Below, one piece after another: positions 53,101-64,000 of a stretch of DNA of 64,000 bases. This DNA is from Monosiga brevicollis MX1 (Eukaryota). The stretch is from NCBI RefSeq assembly GCF_000002865.3, contig NW_001865048.1, positions 770,098 to 834,097 of the forward strand, read 5' to 3'. The stretch's first letter is position 1; each line of letters begins with the position of its first letter. Made by a program: the position numbers and the translations under genes. The notes under the pieces were generated by a model that made no database searches, had not been told where the DNA came from, and worked only from the letters and a program-made list of their open reading frames with translations.

Positions 53101-53900
53101 GTCGTCAGCAAAGTGTTAAACATTTCTTGTACATCCAGGATATACGGGCGCCATTTTCGGGCAGAGAGCGGGCACAAGATGTGGACCAAAAAAAGGGTCA
53201 ACTACAATGAGCGAACCTTGAAGTAACTCCGGTTGGTGTCAAGGGCCATGGCGCTGATGGCAGAGGCTGAGTACGAGCGGAGATTGGGTGAGAGGCCTGA
53301 TCGCTTCTTCACCCAGGAGAGTAGAGAGGGGTGCGAGCAAGTAAAAGCAAAAACGCTTTCTGTTCTGCTGCTGTACGGGGCAGAGGAGGTCAGAGCACGA
53401 TACGGATTGACTTACGAGCTTTGCTTTTGTCATCCTTGCCGCCCTTGGTCTTCTTGCCGCGAAACTTATCCCAAAGGCCTGCCAAAAAAAAAAAAAAAAG
53501 ATGAATCAAGGAAGGTATCGATAATCATCGCGAGGCGAGGTGTAACCAGCATGCGGTGACGAGGGGAGGACACGGTGCGTACGTGGCTTGCTATCATCGG
53601 AGCCAAGGCTCTATGGAGTACGGGTATTAAAAGCAGGGGATAACCGGCCATAAATATAGGGGCGAATAAAGCTCGCTGAGCTGGGCACGGTTTGATTGGC
53701 CGGATGGGTGAAGGTGGTCTGCGTACCGCGGCCGAGGCGGATGTCTTGGCATCAGCCATATTGCGGCTGAGATGACGGCTATTGGGCGAGGACGCCGCAA
53801 AGGTGGCTCAGGTGCATTGCTGCTCTCCAGCGACACATCATCGTGAGGCGTGGCAGTCTGCGCGACTGGCAAGCGCGCGGGGGAGTCATGCACTACCTAG
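44116..53900 (-). CDS. RhoGEF (DH-PH) - PDZ - actin-like domain - coiled coil - SAM fusion protein; many exons, both ends approximate
   Basis: DH RQDMIYEFIQ|TEKAFIRNL, LFANLDDI, MQRLSKYPLLIEGILK. PH VREGTL..VILFSD. PDZ SFGLRL..G|LRPGDVIFSCDG. Actin VIDAGAINLRLGLAG|DEFP, GPERFSCVEPLF, NIVLSGGTTLMPNFAERL, WLGAAML. SAM WDPAMVASWF..ING|VDLLDL. Junctions from PH to SAM are phase-compatible. Confidence 0.8.
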
Positions 53901-55082
53901 GCTCCGACAAGCGGGCAATGGAGTTGGCGTGCACGAAGGTGTAAGGGCGGCTGAACACGGAGCAGCAGACGACTGGTCAGGGTTGGACGGGAGTGCTCAG
54001 TGCCCCGATGCATGCATCTTTGCCTCGCACCGCGAGCTGCGCCCCCCGTCCCCTGGACCTGGAGAACATGGTGAGGCCGTGAGTCCAGCGTGCCCATGGG
54101 GGCGGCCGACGAACGCTGGCATCAGTAGAAAGGGACAGACCTGAGGCTCTAGTTGGAGAGCAGAGCCGTCGCGCAGACGGTGCAGGCAAGACGAAATTGA
54201 CCTTGTGCTGCAGAGACTGGGTGGGCAGCACAGATGGGTTGGATGTGAGTGATGATGCACATGGAAGCAAGTCAAAAAGAGGGCACGGGTCACGATGCTT
54301 GGAGCTGAATACGCGGCAACTGACGATTGATGGATTGCTTTTCAAGGCTCGCAAGAAAGCCGTGTCTGGGGTGGGAATTCAAGACAACGCGGCGAGGTGA
54401 GTGAGTCAGCGTTTGGGCAGGACAAGGCAGACACTTTGGGTTGGGAGCTTGCTGGCTCAACCGCCAGAGAGATTCGTTTGTGCGTGTGCGTGCGTGTGTG
54501 AGTGCAGCTGCACCCCAGCGGCTGGCTCGATCCAACACAAAGCGCACGAGCTGCAAGCCCGGGCAGAGCCAAAGGGGCATGCGCGCTCGCGGTCGACAGG
54601 TGTAGGTTTGAGGTGGTGTGGAGTAGCGTGTTCGAAGCGAGTTCACCATCGATCACCAGCCACCCACACAAAACCAGACGAGTTGAATCGGCCACTTCCC
54701 GCACCCCCCCTACGCCCTCTACGACTGGCCTGGCCTGACCTGACCTGACCGACAGACGAACCAGCCAGCGGCAGGTCGACCCACACACACACACACACAC
54801 ACTCACACACTCACTCACACACTCACACTTACGAGGAATAGTACGAGTAGCAAGGCGTTCACTGAAACGAACAGTGACCGAGATCAAGAGAGAGAGAGCG
54901 AGAGAGAGCGAGAGAGAGCGAGAGAGAGCCGCGCGAGCTTCTTAACGTTTCAACTGTCACACACACACTACATATGACTACACACTACGAGTTCCTAAGG
55001 ATGTACCCCTTACGATGATGAACTGCTTTTTTTGAGGAGAAGAACAAAAGAACTACGTTTGGTGGCTCTTGCTCGTGTTTTG

Positions 55083-55116
<34 letters not shown>

Positions 55117-55142
55117 ATGCTGCACAACATTGCCAGTGCTTC

Positions 55143-55183
<41 letters not shown>

Positions 55184-55727
55184 TGCTGGCACCACTTTTG
55201 GTGATGGCTCTCACATGCTTCTTCATGCAGGGAGGTGCTCTGGATGGAAGGGTATGATCACGATGGCGGTCATGCCTGCAATCTCGCATCTTGACTGTAG
55301 ACGGGAAACACCTTGCGTCGCGCCTTTGGCTCTCACCGATCGACCAGTTGCATGCAGGCAAAATCATACTCATCCACGAGTGGCAAAATGTGCAGCTGTG
55401 CGAGAGCTGAGGAGGAGCGAGTCTGACCAGAGCCATGTGCAGCAAGCCAATTATTGTGTGTTGTGGGTGCTTGGGCTGGGCTCTTTTTTTTAAAACGTTG
55501 TGACTTGCGCGATTATATTTTTGAAACCCCATCGAGCGTGGTGTGACTGTAAAGTGCATCGTTGCGCGCCGCCAAATGGCGTCAGCAGCGTGAACGAATT
55601 CGTCCGCTCGTACGGACGCAAACAAACATGGCCAACCAGGCAAAGCCTCAGAGCTCAGACCAACCAAGAAAGGATGGTCCAACCACGACCGAGAACCGAA
55701 TATTGGTGCATGGAAACTTTGAACGAC

Positions 55728-55811
55728 CGTCGCAAAACGAGCCGTTGATACGAGCTCGAAGTGCTGCGATCGTCGCAAAACGAGCCGTTGATACGAGCTC
55801 AAAGTGCTGCG
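55728..55811. repeat. Tandem duplication of a 43-bp unit, intergenic
   Basis: cgtcgcaaaacgagccgttgatacgagctc(g/a)aagtgctgcg occurs twice, at 55728 and 55771. Confidence 0.95.
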
Positions 55812-56227
55812 GCTAACAACAAGGAAAAGAGAAGACTGCCTTTAGGGGGTAATGGCTAGCTCTACTCCATGATGTTGGATTGCCACGGATCATGTACATA
55901 TCAAAGGGACGACGAGACATGCCACATGGTAGTTCAAGTTCCCCCGCCTTTCCAAAGCCACGTCTAAATCTGAAGATACAATCAATTTTTAAAGCTCAAG
56001 AAAAAAGTTGGCTAATTCCAGACCTGACCTCACTGCTGTTATGACTGTAAAAGCGTGATGATATGGGTAGGGCCCAGGCACAACCAAGACAGGATTGGGG
56101 GTTGACATGGCAGCACAGCTGCACTCCTCATTGCCACCAAGGCGGTGGCGAATGACGATGGCGGCGATTAGAAGCCCACGGCAGACAACGCAAGCGGGGG
56201 GTAAGCTCAGAAGGCACGGCCGTCTGC

Positions 56228-57598
56228 TCAAGGATTAGAGGCGGCCCGCATGTCCGGGGTAAAACCGATGCCGTGGCACTCAATCACGCGCGCCTCTGGA
56301 AAGTGCGGGTCCTCGGCTGATGAGACCGAAATCTTGGCTCCTGTGGAATTCCCATATCAAAAGTGCATTGCAAGCCATGAACACCAAATCAAGGCACGAT
56401 TGACTTTTTTTACCCCTCCCACTTGTTCTGAGCCCTCCCGAGTCAAGGGCACACAATGCTTTTCTACTGACCAGAGAGCTCACGCGCCAAGTGAATTGCC
56501 GTCTCCGTATGCAAGCTCAATGGACCCGTCCTGACCCGTGATGTGCCCGACTACAGCAGGACACACGCACACACGCACACGCACACAATGTTGAGACAAG
56601 GGCAGAGCGGATGCAGAACATGTGGACGAGATTCCTCGGGCATCACTGCGGCCACCAGGCAGCCTTCAAAGCCTTCAACTTCGTACCGCCAGGGCCATGA
56701 GAATGATGATCTGGTCAGCTGCGTATTCGTCCACGCAGCCACCTGCGTTGATGCCCGCCAACAGTTCCTGGGCTGCAGCGCGGCCCACCTTCTCTGCCGG
56801 TACACCTCGCTTACCCAAAGCCGAGCCGCCCAGTCGACATCCCGTTGAGGTCTCAGCCACCAGCACAATGCCCGTGCCAGCACCCACGGCATTGGCGGCG
56901 CGCTGCTCCTCAATGTTCACCTCCAGGTCTGGGTATTGTGCACGTAGGGCACGGCGCGCTGCAGCGGCCATTTCGCGAGCCACACGGTCGGGAATCGGTC
57001 CTGCCACATAGCTCAGGCCTGTAACTCGCGCCACCTCACCCCGCTCCAGCAACTCCATCCCGTGCAGGCGCGGCACAGGCGGCACAGACAGATGCACCTC
57101 GCCTTGCCCTTTGGGAAAGAATCCACGTGTGACCACACGGCAATCGCAATGGCCCCCAAACTTTTCGAGCAAAGGAACAAACACACGCTCAAAGTAATCA
57201 ACCTGCGGGGCCATCTCCGCGTTGGTGCCTCCTCGCAGCTGCAGCTCGACCTGTTCGGGGGCAAACAGCGCCAATGGCAATGCCGACTGGATCAGCAGGC
57301 AGGTTGAACCCGCAGTTTGCACGTCAGCAGCAAAGGTGCCACCTGCAAGTTGGTTTGGATAGATCTCGACCCGGTCCGAGCCGACGGTGGCATTGCGCAA
57401 CCGGCCTCGACACATGTTTGCCTGCAAGACGAGACCGGTCTTGTGCTGTGCCTTGAGGCCCGGCTTGGATCGCTTGGCGCGGATGTGCTCAATGACGACG
57501 TTCTTGTTCAACAAGCAAGCATAAGCCGAGGTGTTGCGCAGAATCTGGCCACCGCCCTCCATGATCGAGCCATCGATCACAATCTTGCTGTCACTCAT
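56228..57598 (-). CDS. RTCA: RNA 3'-terminal phosphate cyclase, 3 exons
   Basis: IDGSIMEGGGQILR, RAKRSKPGLKAQH, LRGGTNA, RGFFPKGQG, DEYAADQ. Exon 2 SGTSRVRTGPLSLHTETA (catalytic His). Exon 3 VIECHGIG. Confidence 0.96.
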
Positions 57599-57660
57599 CT
57601 TGCCGGTCCGTGTCCGTGGTAATCTTCATGGACTACTACTGCTTGAAAATGCGGCATCCC

Positions 57661-57721
<61 letters not shown>

Positions 57722-58279
57722 ACTTGCATACACGAGTCTATTTTGGGATCAATGAAATTAACGGTCACATAGACTGAACACAACAACAAAAGAATAAAAT
57801 AAAGATTATGAAATTCATTGATGGTGATGGGTCGTTCTTGTGCGCAAAATTGGCACACACGATCAAGTCAACTTGACATGACGTTGTTACACGCGGACGT
57901 GAATAACATCGTACGGATGACGGCACGGATGACGAACGAGCAGCAGGACAGGGGTTGGCGCAGCCATTCTTCTCTTGCCCTGGTAAAAGTATCTACAAAG
58001 TGACAGGCCTTAGACATCCGCCTCTATGATCGCTGACGCGCGCACCTGCTCCTGGTTGCTGTTGTCGCGGTGCAAAAAGGCACTATCGTCCCGATCAACC
58101 CGGCCTAGTTGAATTGCCACCCCAGTACCTGGCTCCACCACCTAACAATACAAATAAAAGGAGGAGAAGATGAAAAAAAAAAACACTTACCCCTGACTAT
58201 CGGCACCGAAGAGGGGTATCGGCTCAACACAAGAACATGTGCCAAGAAAGAACAACCGGCACCCGTCCTCCCAACAGTC

Positions 58280-60063
58280 GTCAAACCCCTTGCTGTGCCA
58301 TGGGGATCAATCATAAAGCAGGTTTGGTTTGCTCTTGGTCAGGCGCAGGCATGCCTTACCTCATACAGGACCTCTGGTCCATCGTCCCCTACGGCCTGGT
58401 AGACGGCGCTACTAGCCTTGGAAGTGCGGTCGCTGCGTGGGCGTGACTGCGACGTGTGCACGGGTGTCAGCGGCCGACTGCCCCCGGATCCGGCAAACTC
58501 ATCCTCGTCGTCCTCCTCACAAGCTCTTCTTCCCCTGCCAGGCACGTTCAGTCCACCCGGGAATTGCCCATCAGCCCGGCTTGGCATTCCAAGGTCGCTC
58601 TCAGGCCAGGCCTGGTCGTAGACAGGCTCGCCCTTGTGCTGGGCTGACGGTGAGCGCCGCCCGCGCTGTTTTCGGCCCATTCGACCCAGAGAGCCTCCCT
58701 TGGATCCGCTGCTGGGCGGCCGGTGTGCGTCTGTAGCAGGACTAGGGTCGTTTGCTTTCCCCGCATTTGCATCCTCGTCGTCATCAGGAAACTTGGACCA
58801 ATCAAAAGGATTGGGAGTGCGGTCTTTGGACCGCAATGAGCCCATATTCCGCGAGGATGTGGTGTCCGCACCGGCCTGGGCTTGGGCAAGCCAAGCCTCT
58901 TTGATGCTCGGTCCCTCGGCGGGCACCCGCTCGGGGTGAAATCTAAACGTGCTGCTACTCATCTGGCTGCTCCCTCCGTCGGCTGAGCCTTGGTAGCGAT
59001 CTACAGCCGCTGCGCATCGCTCCCGCGGCAGTGAAGTTGCATTGGCAGCGACGGGCAACGAAGCCAGGTCGTAGCGTCGTGCCGACCCATGCAGGGCCGA
59101 CCATTGGACAAATGCGGTGGTGACCAGGCGCCAGGTCGCAAGTAAATGCACGCCTGCCGCGAGACCCTGGGCGGCGAGCCGTCCAGCGCCGGTTAGAGGC
59201 TCGGGAATATCCCGGTCCTCCGTACACAATTGCACGAGGAGCGCCACGCTGGCAATCAGTCCCAAGCACAAATGGTGCACTGCAAACACCGCCGCATGGC
59301 TCGGTGATGGGCGCGAACCAGCCTCGCCCGGTGCCCATGCTGGACTCGCCAGCGCGACGACCCAACGCTGGCCCTCCAAGCAGCTCAGCCCCCAACGCAA
59401 AATGTTAAGGTGTTTTTCCTGTTAATGCCAGCGGGCCCGCCGCCAGCGCAGGTGAGTTCTGGATGACGGCACAACAGCAGCCATCGTGAATGCGAAGGTG
59501 CGAAAGGAGGGGTGGCGCGTGCCTACCGTGGTGGGCCAGTTCCTCGGATGGTGGTGGAGCAAGACAGCTGTGTAGGCGCTCATGGTGAGGGCTAAAAGGA
59601 TGAGGCCCGCCCGACGCAAGCGCGCCGTGGTGCTGACAACGGCTTGAGCGGCCTGGTTCTTGGCCCGCAAGCTGGCGTTTAACACCCAAAAGAACAGCTC
59701 GCCCAAAACGCAATTGACCAGCCAGGCGGAAATGAGAGACGGAACCAACTGCCGACGATAGAGCTGCTCTGGCACCACGTCGAGGGGTTGCTCAAGGATC
59801 AAGAGCTCGAGCGGAGAATTGCCCACCACCAAGCCGTACACTGTCAGGACGGTGACGACGACCGCCATGATCACGCTGGCGCCGTGAAAAGCAAACACCA
59901 AGGCGGCCGCCAAGCGCTGACCCCAAGAAGCTTCACGGCGCCCGTGTTCACCACCTTGCGCATGTGCGTTGCTACCCTGGCCCGCGGGGCCTGGCCGCGG
60001 AGCGGGACCACCGTCATCATGAATCAGGGGCAACAGCTCCGTCGACGTCCAACAGCACCCCAT
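58280..60063 (-). CDS. Multi-pass membrane protein of unknown function with MGCC N-terminus and Tyr-containing disordered tail
   Basis: MGCCWTS start, about 5-6 hydrophobic segments over two long ORFs, tail motifs PVYDQ, AVYQAV, VLYE; exon structure uncertain. Confidence 0.55.
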
Positions 60064-60731
60064 GCTGCACACTGACGCGTCCTTGACTTTCGATGCCGTC
60101 AACCCAAAACTGAAGCTTTTTTCATCAATATCGACCGCACGTTATTGCCTCTTCCTCGACCCATGTAGACGACCGACCCTCAACCAGGAGAGGAGGAGGA
60201 GGAGGAGGAGGAGGAGGAGGAGGAGGAGGAGGGAAAAAGGCCGCACACAAGCAGACGCAGACACAGCGAGCTACGACGACGACCCCACAGGGTTAAACAA
60301 GCTTGAATCTGTACAGCAAGCAATGCAACGAGGAATAAAAGAGAGAGAGAAGGAAAAAGAGAGAGAGAGAGAGAGAGAGAGTTTGAGATAAATTGGTTTG
60401 AGTGAGAGGTTTTCTGTCAGGCACACAAGCAGAAAAAGTCAGGAAAAGATCTGACAATCGGTGACGCTGCTGCTGGGCTGTGTGCTGTGTGTGCTGTTCT
60501 GTTCTTTTCCTCGTGGCCATTTTCTGAGCAAAAACCTGCAAAACCTGCACGGCTGTCTCTCTGTGTGTATCCGTGTCTGTGTGTATCTCTCTCTCTCTCT
60601 GTCTGTGTGTGGGTGCCTCTCGGCAAAAGCTCACGGCCGTACGCGCTCAGCCATAGCCCGCTGGGCAAGAGGTGAGACGGCGGGCGATAGCCTTGGCAAA
60701 AGGGCGGCTTGGCTGGTTTTATACGGCAGGC

Positions 60732-62523
60732 ATGGCGTTGAATGAAGGCCAGCTGACGGCCGAGGCCATCCGACTGGCGCAACTTGCCAAGCAAGACGTG
60801 GGCGGGGCGACTACGGCGCAACTGGGTTTGCTCGGGTCGCACCCAGCTGACAATGCGGCAATCCCTGTGGCAGCGGATTCAGAAGCTGTTGACGCAAATC
60901 GACCTGCATCGCCAGCAGTTTCGGCGCCCAACTGCGCCATGTGTGGGCAGCCGGATAAATACCGCTGCCCCAAGTGTGAGCGGAAGACCTGCAGGTGAGA
61001 ACCGCGTGATGAGTGCAAAAGTCAGGCAACCAACAGCCGAGTAGTGTGATGGCTCTCATTAATGTTTCCCTGCGTGACTGGACCACGAAAACGCCCATCC
61101 AGCTTGGCCTGCGTCAAGGCGCACAAGGCGCAATACGAGTGCGACGGTATCCGACCTCGCTCTCGAATGACCCGCGAGAAATCAGAGCTCACGGACCAAG
61201 TCCTCTGGCGTGGTGTGTTTATGGCCTGCCTTTTGCCTACCCATCTGACTGGCACACAATCTTGGTGGAGCACCAGCAGCTCACACCAAAGGTTCTTGCT
61301 GCCCTAGACTATTGCTTTCTCGAGGATGCGGCGCGCATGGTTGGCGCCAAAACACGCCCGATTGGCGCAAGTGTACGTCAGGCAGCCGCGGAAGCCCCCA
61401 CGGTGCGTGGTTGCCCTTGATGCTTCAGCTGTGCTTTCATGTCTAGCCCCTGGTTTTTGCCTTTTCGAATGAGGACTGCTCCCATTGCCGCTGCCAACAC
61501 GAGCCTTGAGCCAGGTCTGACCCCTTGATATGCTCATGGATTCGATCTTGGCAGGCAGGGACGGGTGACGTGTATCGGAATTTTGGGCGCCTGCTCAAGG
61601 TGGCATCAAGCCACGGCATCCGACTGGAGCTCTTGCCCGACGTCTACGAGCGCCACCGGGCCAACACCTCACGCGCGCATGATCGCATGGCTCGCATCCA
61701 TTGGCGTGTTGAGGTTGTGTTTGGCAGCGTCAAGTTTACGCAGCCCAGGTCAGACGAGATGCAAGAGGTCCTTGCCATGTTCGCTTTTCTTATTCCTTTT
61801 TTTTTTTTTTTGTTTTTTTTTTTTTTGTTTTTAATCCATGCACAGTTGTCCAAGTCCTCACCGACACACGCCTCTCTGACCCTGTGGCTGTTTGGGGTGT
61901 CACCCAGGGTCCCGTGTGCGCGCCCATTGAGGCAAATATTGGACGCCTACCTGCTTCAGACCAGTGAGAATGCCGTCGAGAGACACAAGTGGGTGTGCTT
62001 CCTGTTTCTGTACTTGCTTCTGGTCAAGCTTTTCGTGGTCAAGGCGATGGCTAACCTCCCTTTTTTGCAACATCAAAGGGTCGAGCCTTATTGGCGGCGG
62101 CGAGCGGAAGCGACCGTTTTGGTGGCCAATTTGGACACCCCCGCCACTGCTCGGCAATATGTGCGCTTGGACGAAGATATGACCTTGCGGGACGCCTTGC
62201 GCTTTCTGCGTGTGCTCGAGTTTCCCACCTTACATGTTGTCTTGCCCGAAGATATGGAGGTTCGCAAGTGCCATGTCACACTCTTCCCCGCTCCTCTGCA
62301 CCCCATTCTCACCGACCTGTACCCTTGCCAGGCACATGTGCTCTGTGAGCGCCCAACCAGCATTCCTCCACCTCTCAACACACGCCCTCCAGGCTTTCGG
62401 GGCCGTGCGCGAGGCCGGGGTCGGGGCCGAGGCCAAGGTCGAGGCCGAGGGGGTCGGGGCCGTGGACCGAGTAGCCACGCCTCTCGTGGCCGCGCTGCGC
62501 GCGGTCGATCCTCCTCAGAATAG
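60732..62523 (+). CDS. ZNHIT6: Box C/D snoRNA protein 1 (zf-HIT), multi-exon, RG-rich tail
   Basis: CAMCGQPDKYRCPKCERKTC|SLACVKAHKAQYECDGIR, DYCFLED, IHWRVE, TLRDALRFLRVLEFPTLHV. Confidence 0.92.
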
Positions 62524-62638
62524 CCAGTTGATTGTGTTACTTATTTTTTTGCGCATGCTTATGTATGAATAAGCACCTTCAGACCTTGGTTCACTGCCAT
62601 TGACACGCTTGTGATCAACAAACAGCCCAAGCTCGTTC

Positions 62639-62675
<37 letters not shown>

Positions 62676-64000
62676 TTCGCAGTTGACATCATCATCATCA
62701 TCATCATCCTCGCATTATCATCATCATGAGCATTATTCGCTGGCATATTCGGTTGATGTGCCTGAGCATTCAGGCTGTCCAGCACCGCCGCCAAACTTGC
62801 CAGTGAACCTGGCACGCCAGAACCAGTTGCAGTGAGCACGTCGCCCGGTGAAGTCATTGCTCGATTCTGAAATGATGCCTTTTTATCAGAAATCCCAACT
62901 CTATCTTTTGAAGCTTTGAGCTCATGATTTGGCCTGCAACTCATGATTCGGCTTGTGCCCTTCCTGACACGGTCCTCGCCGGAAGTTTACTGCAATCAGC
63001 CTCCCAAGTGCGCCAAGTGCTGCCTATACTGGAGATTCAATATCCCCGCTCGCCGTGTGAATGGTGATCAATTCAAATTCATCATCGAGACATAGGGGAA
63101 GAAGGGGGCGCTGCTGGACCTGGCGGCGCAAGGACTTCACAAGCACACAGTCATCGCTCACTCTGACTGAACCTCTGAACGCGCACGACACGTTTGGTCA
63201 TGCCACATTCAGCCAACTGTCCTGCTCTGGGACTTTAAACAAGCTTGGGGACTGGCTCTTCCACAAACACCCTTTTTGATAACAGGTGTCGAAATGTCCA
63301 AAACGTCCACTGGTTGACAAAAATACACACTTTTTTTGGTTGGACCAAGACAATTCGTTCAAACCTTTGTGGGGCCAAGCTGTTGAACCAAATGGACGCG
63401 CACCCCAAGAAAGGAGTGTGGTGGCTGGCAGATGCCAGCTTGGCGACGAGACATGAATCGGCCGGCCAAATGGACAATAATCGGTCCATGGTGTGTAAAG
63501 CACAAGCCCCAATCCCATGCTTGTGGTCGATTCTTGATAGTTCTGGGCAACCCCCTCGATCAGCCACCCATCTTTTCATAGAACAACATGTTTAAAACCA
63601 ACCAATGCTGTTAATCGGCTTGACAACTGTCAGAGCAAAGCAACTCACTGGTTGCCAGCCAGCCTTGGGACAACCACGCGCTGTCGTGTTACCCTCATAA
63701 TCCACCCTGACACCGACCTGTGGGTTCCAACATCTTGCGGCAAAGACTTCTCATCGTTGCGAGACACACACCATCAGTTCCGTGTTCTGCCGCATTTTCT
63801 TATCTTGCCTGGCCAGACCATCCCAAACGTCCGAGAGCTCAACCTAACCTCGTCATGTGCCAATCCCATCAGCGCACTACCCTACGACCAGCTGCGTCTT
63901 GCGGTAGCTTGCCAGTGTACGCCAAGCCCATCATCAAGCCCAAGCCAAGCTCGACCCTGGCCGACGTTGTGCGTCAAGCCTACATCAAAAACCACAAGCT

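Noticed and set aside
55728..55811. Mini CRISPR or att site
   Set aside because: Two abutting copies, no spacer, no cas or integrase.
62900..64000. Possible exons of a further gene at the window end
   Set aside because: Only short ORFs with no recognisable domain or consistent splice model.

Overview
Intron-rich, gene-dense eukaryotic DNA with short GT-AG introns and CT/CA microsatellites. The expanded SH2/HYR phosphotyrosine repertoire suggests a choanoflagellate such as Monosiga (inference, not verified). I assembled about 14 spliced genes by hand: the CWC22 3' end, an adenylation-carrier-ankyrin (NRPS-like) protein, YIP1, a Notum/pectin-acetylesterase, a WD40-TBC RabGAP, UQCC1/Cbp3, a secretory-pathway ankyrin protein ending in HSEL, a giant receptor, a BT1 folate/biopterin transporter, a five-SH2 adaptor, a PhoD phosphatase, a RhoGEF-PH-PDZ-actin-SAM fusion, RTCA, a membrane protein of unknown function and BCD1/ZNHIT6. 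There is also a decayed gag-bearing retroelement between ~270-300 bp direct repeats. Three unusual domain fusions stand out, each supported by phase-compatible splice junctions. (1) A type I receptor with an extracellular JmjC Fe/2-oxoglutarate oxygenase and intracellular tyrosine repeats plus two SH2 domains. (2) A RhoGEF carrying a complete divergent actin fold. (3) A stand-alone adenylation + phosphopantetheine carrier + ankyrin enzyme. Exon models are manual and need transcript confirmation, and novelty needs database checks I could not run.
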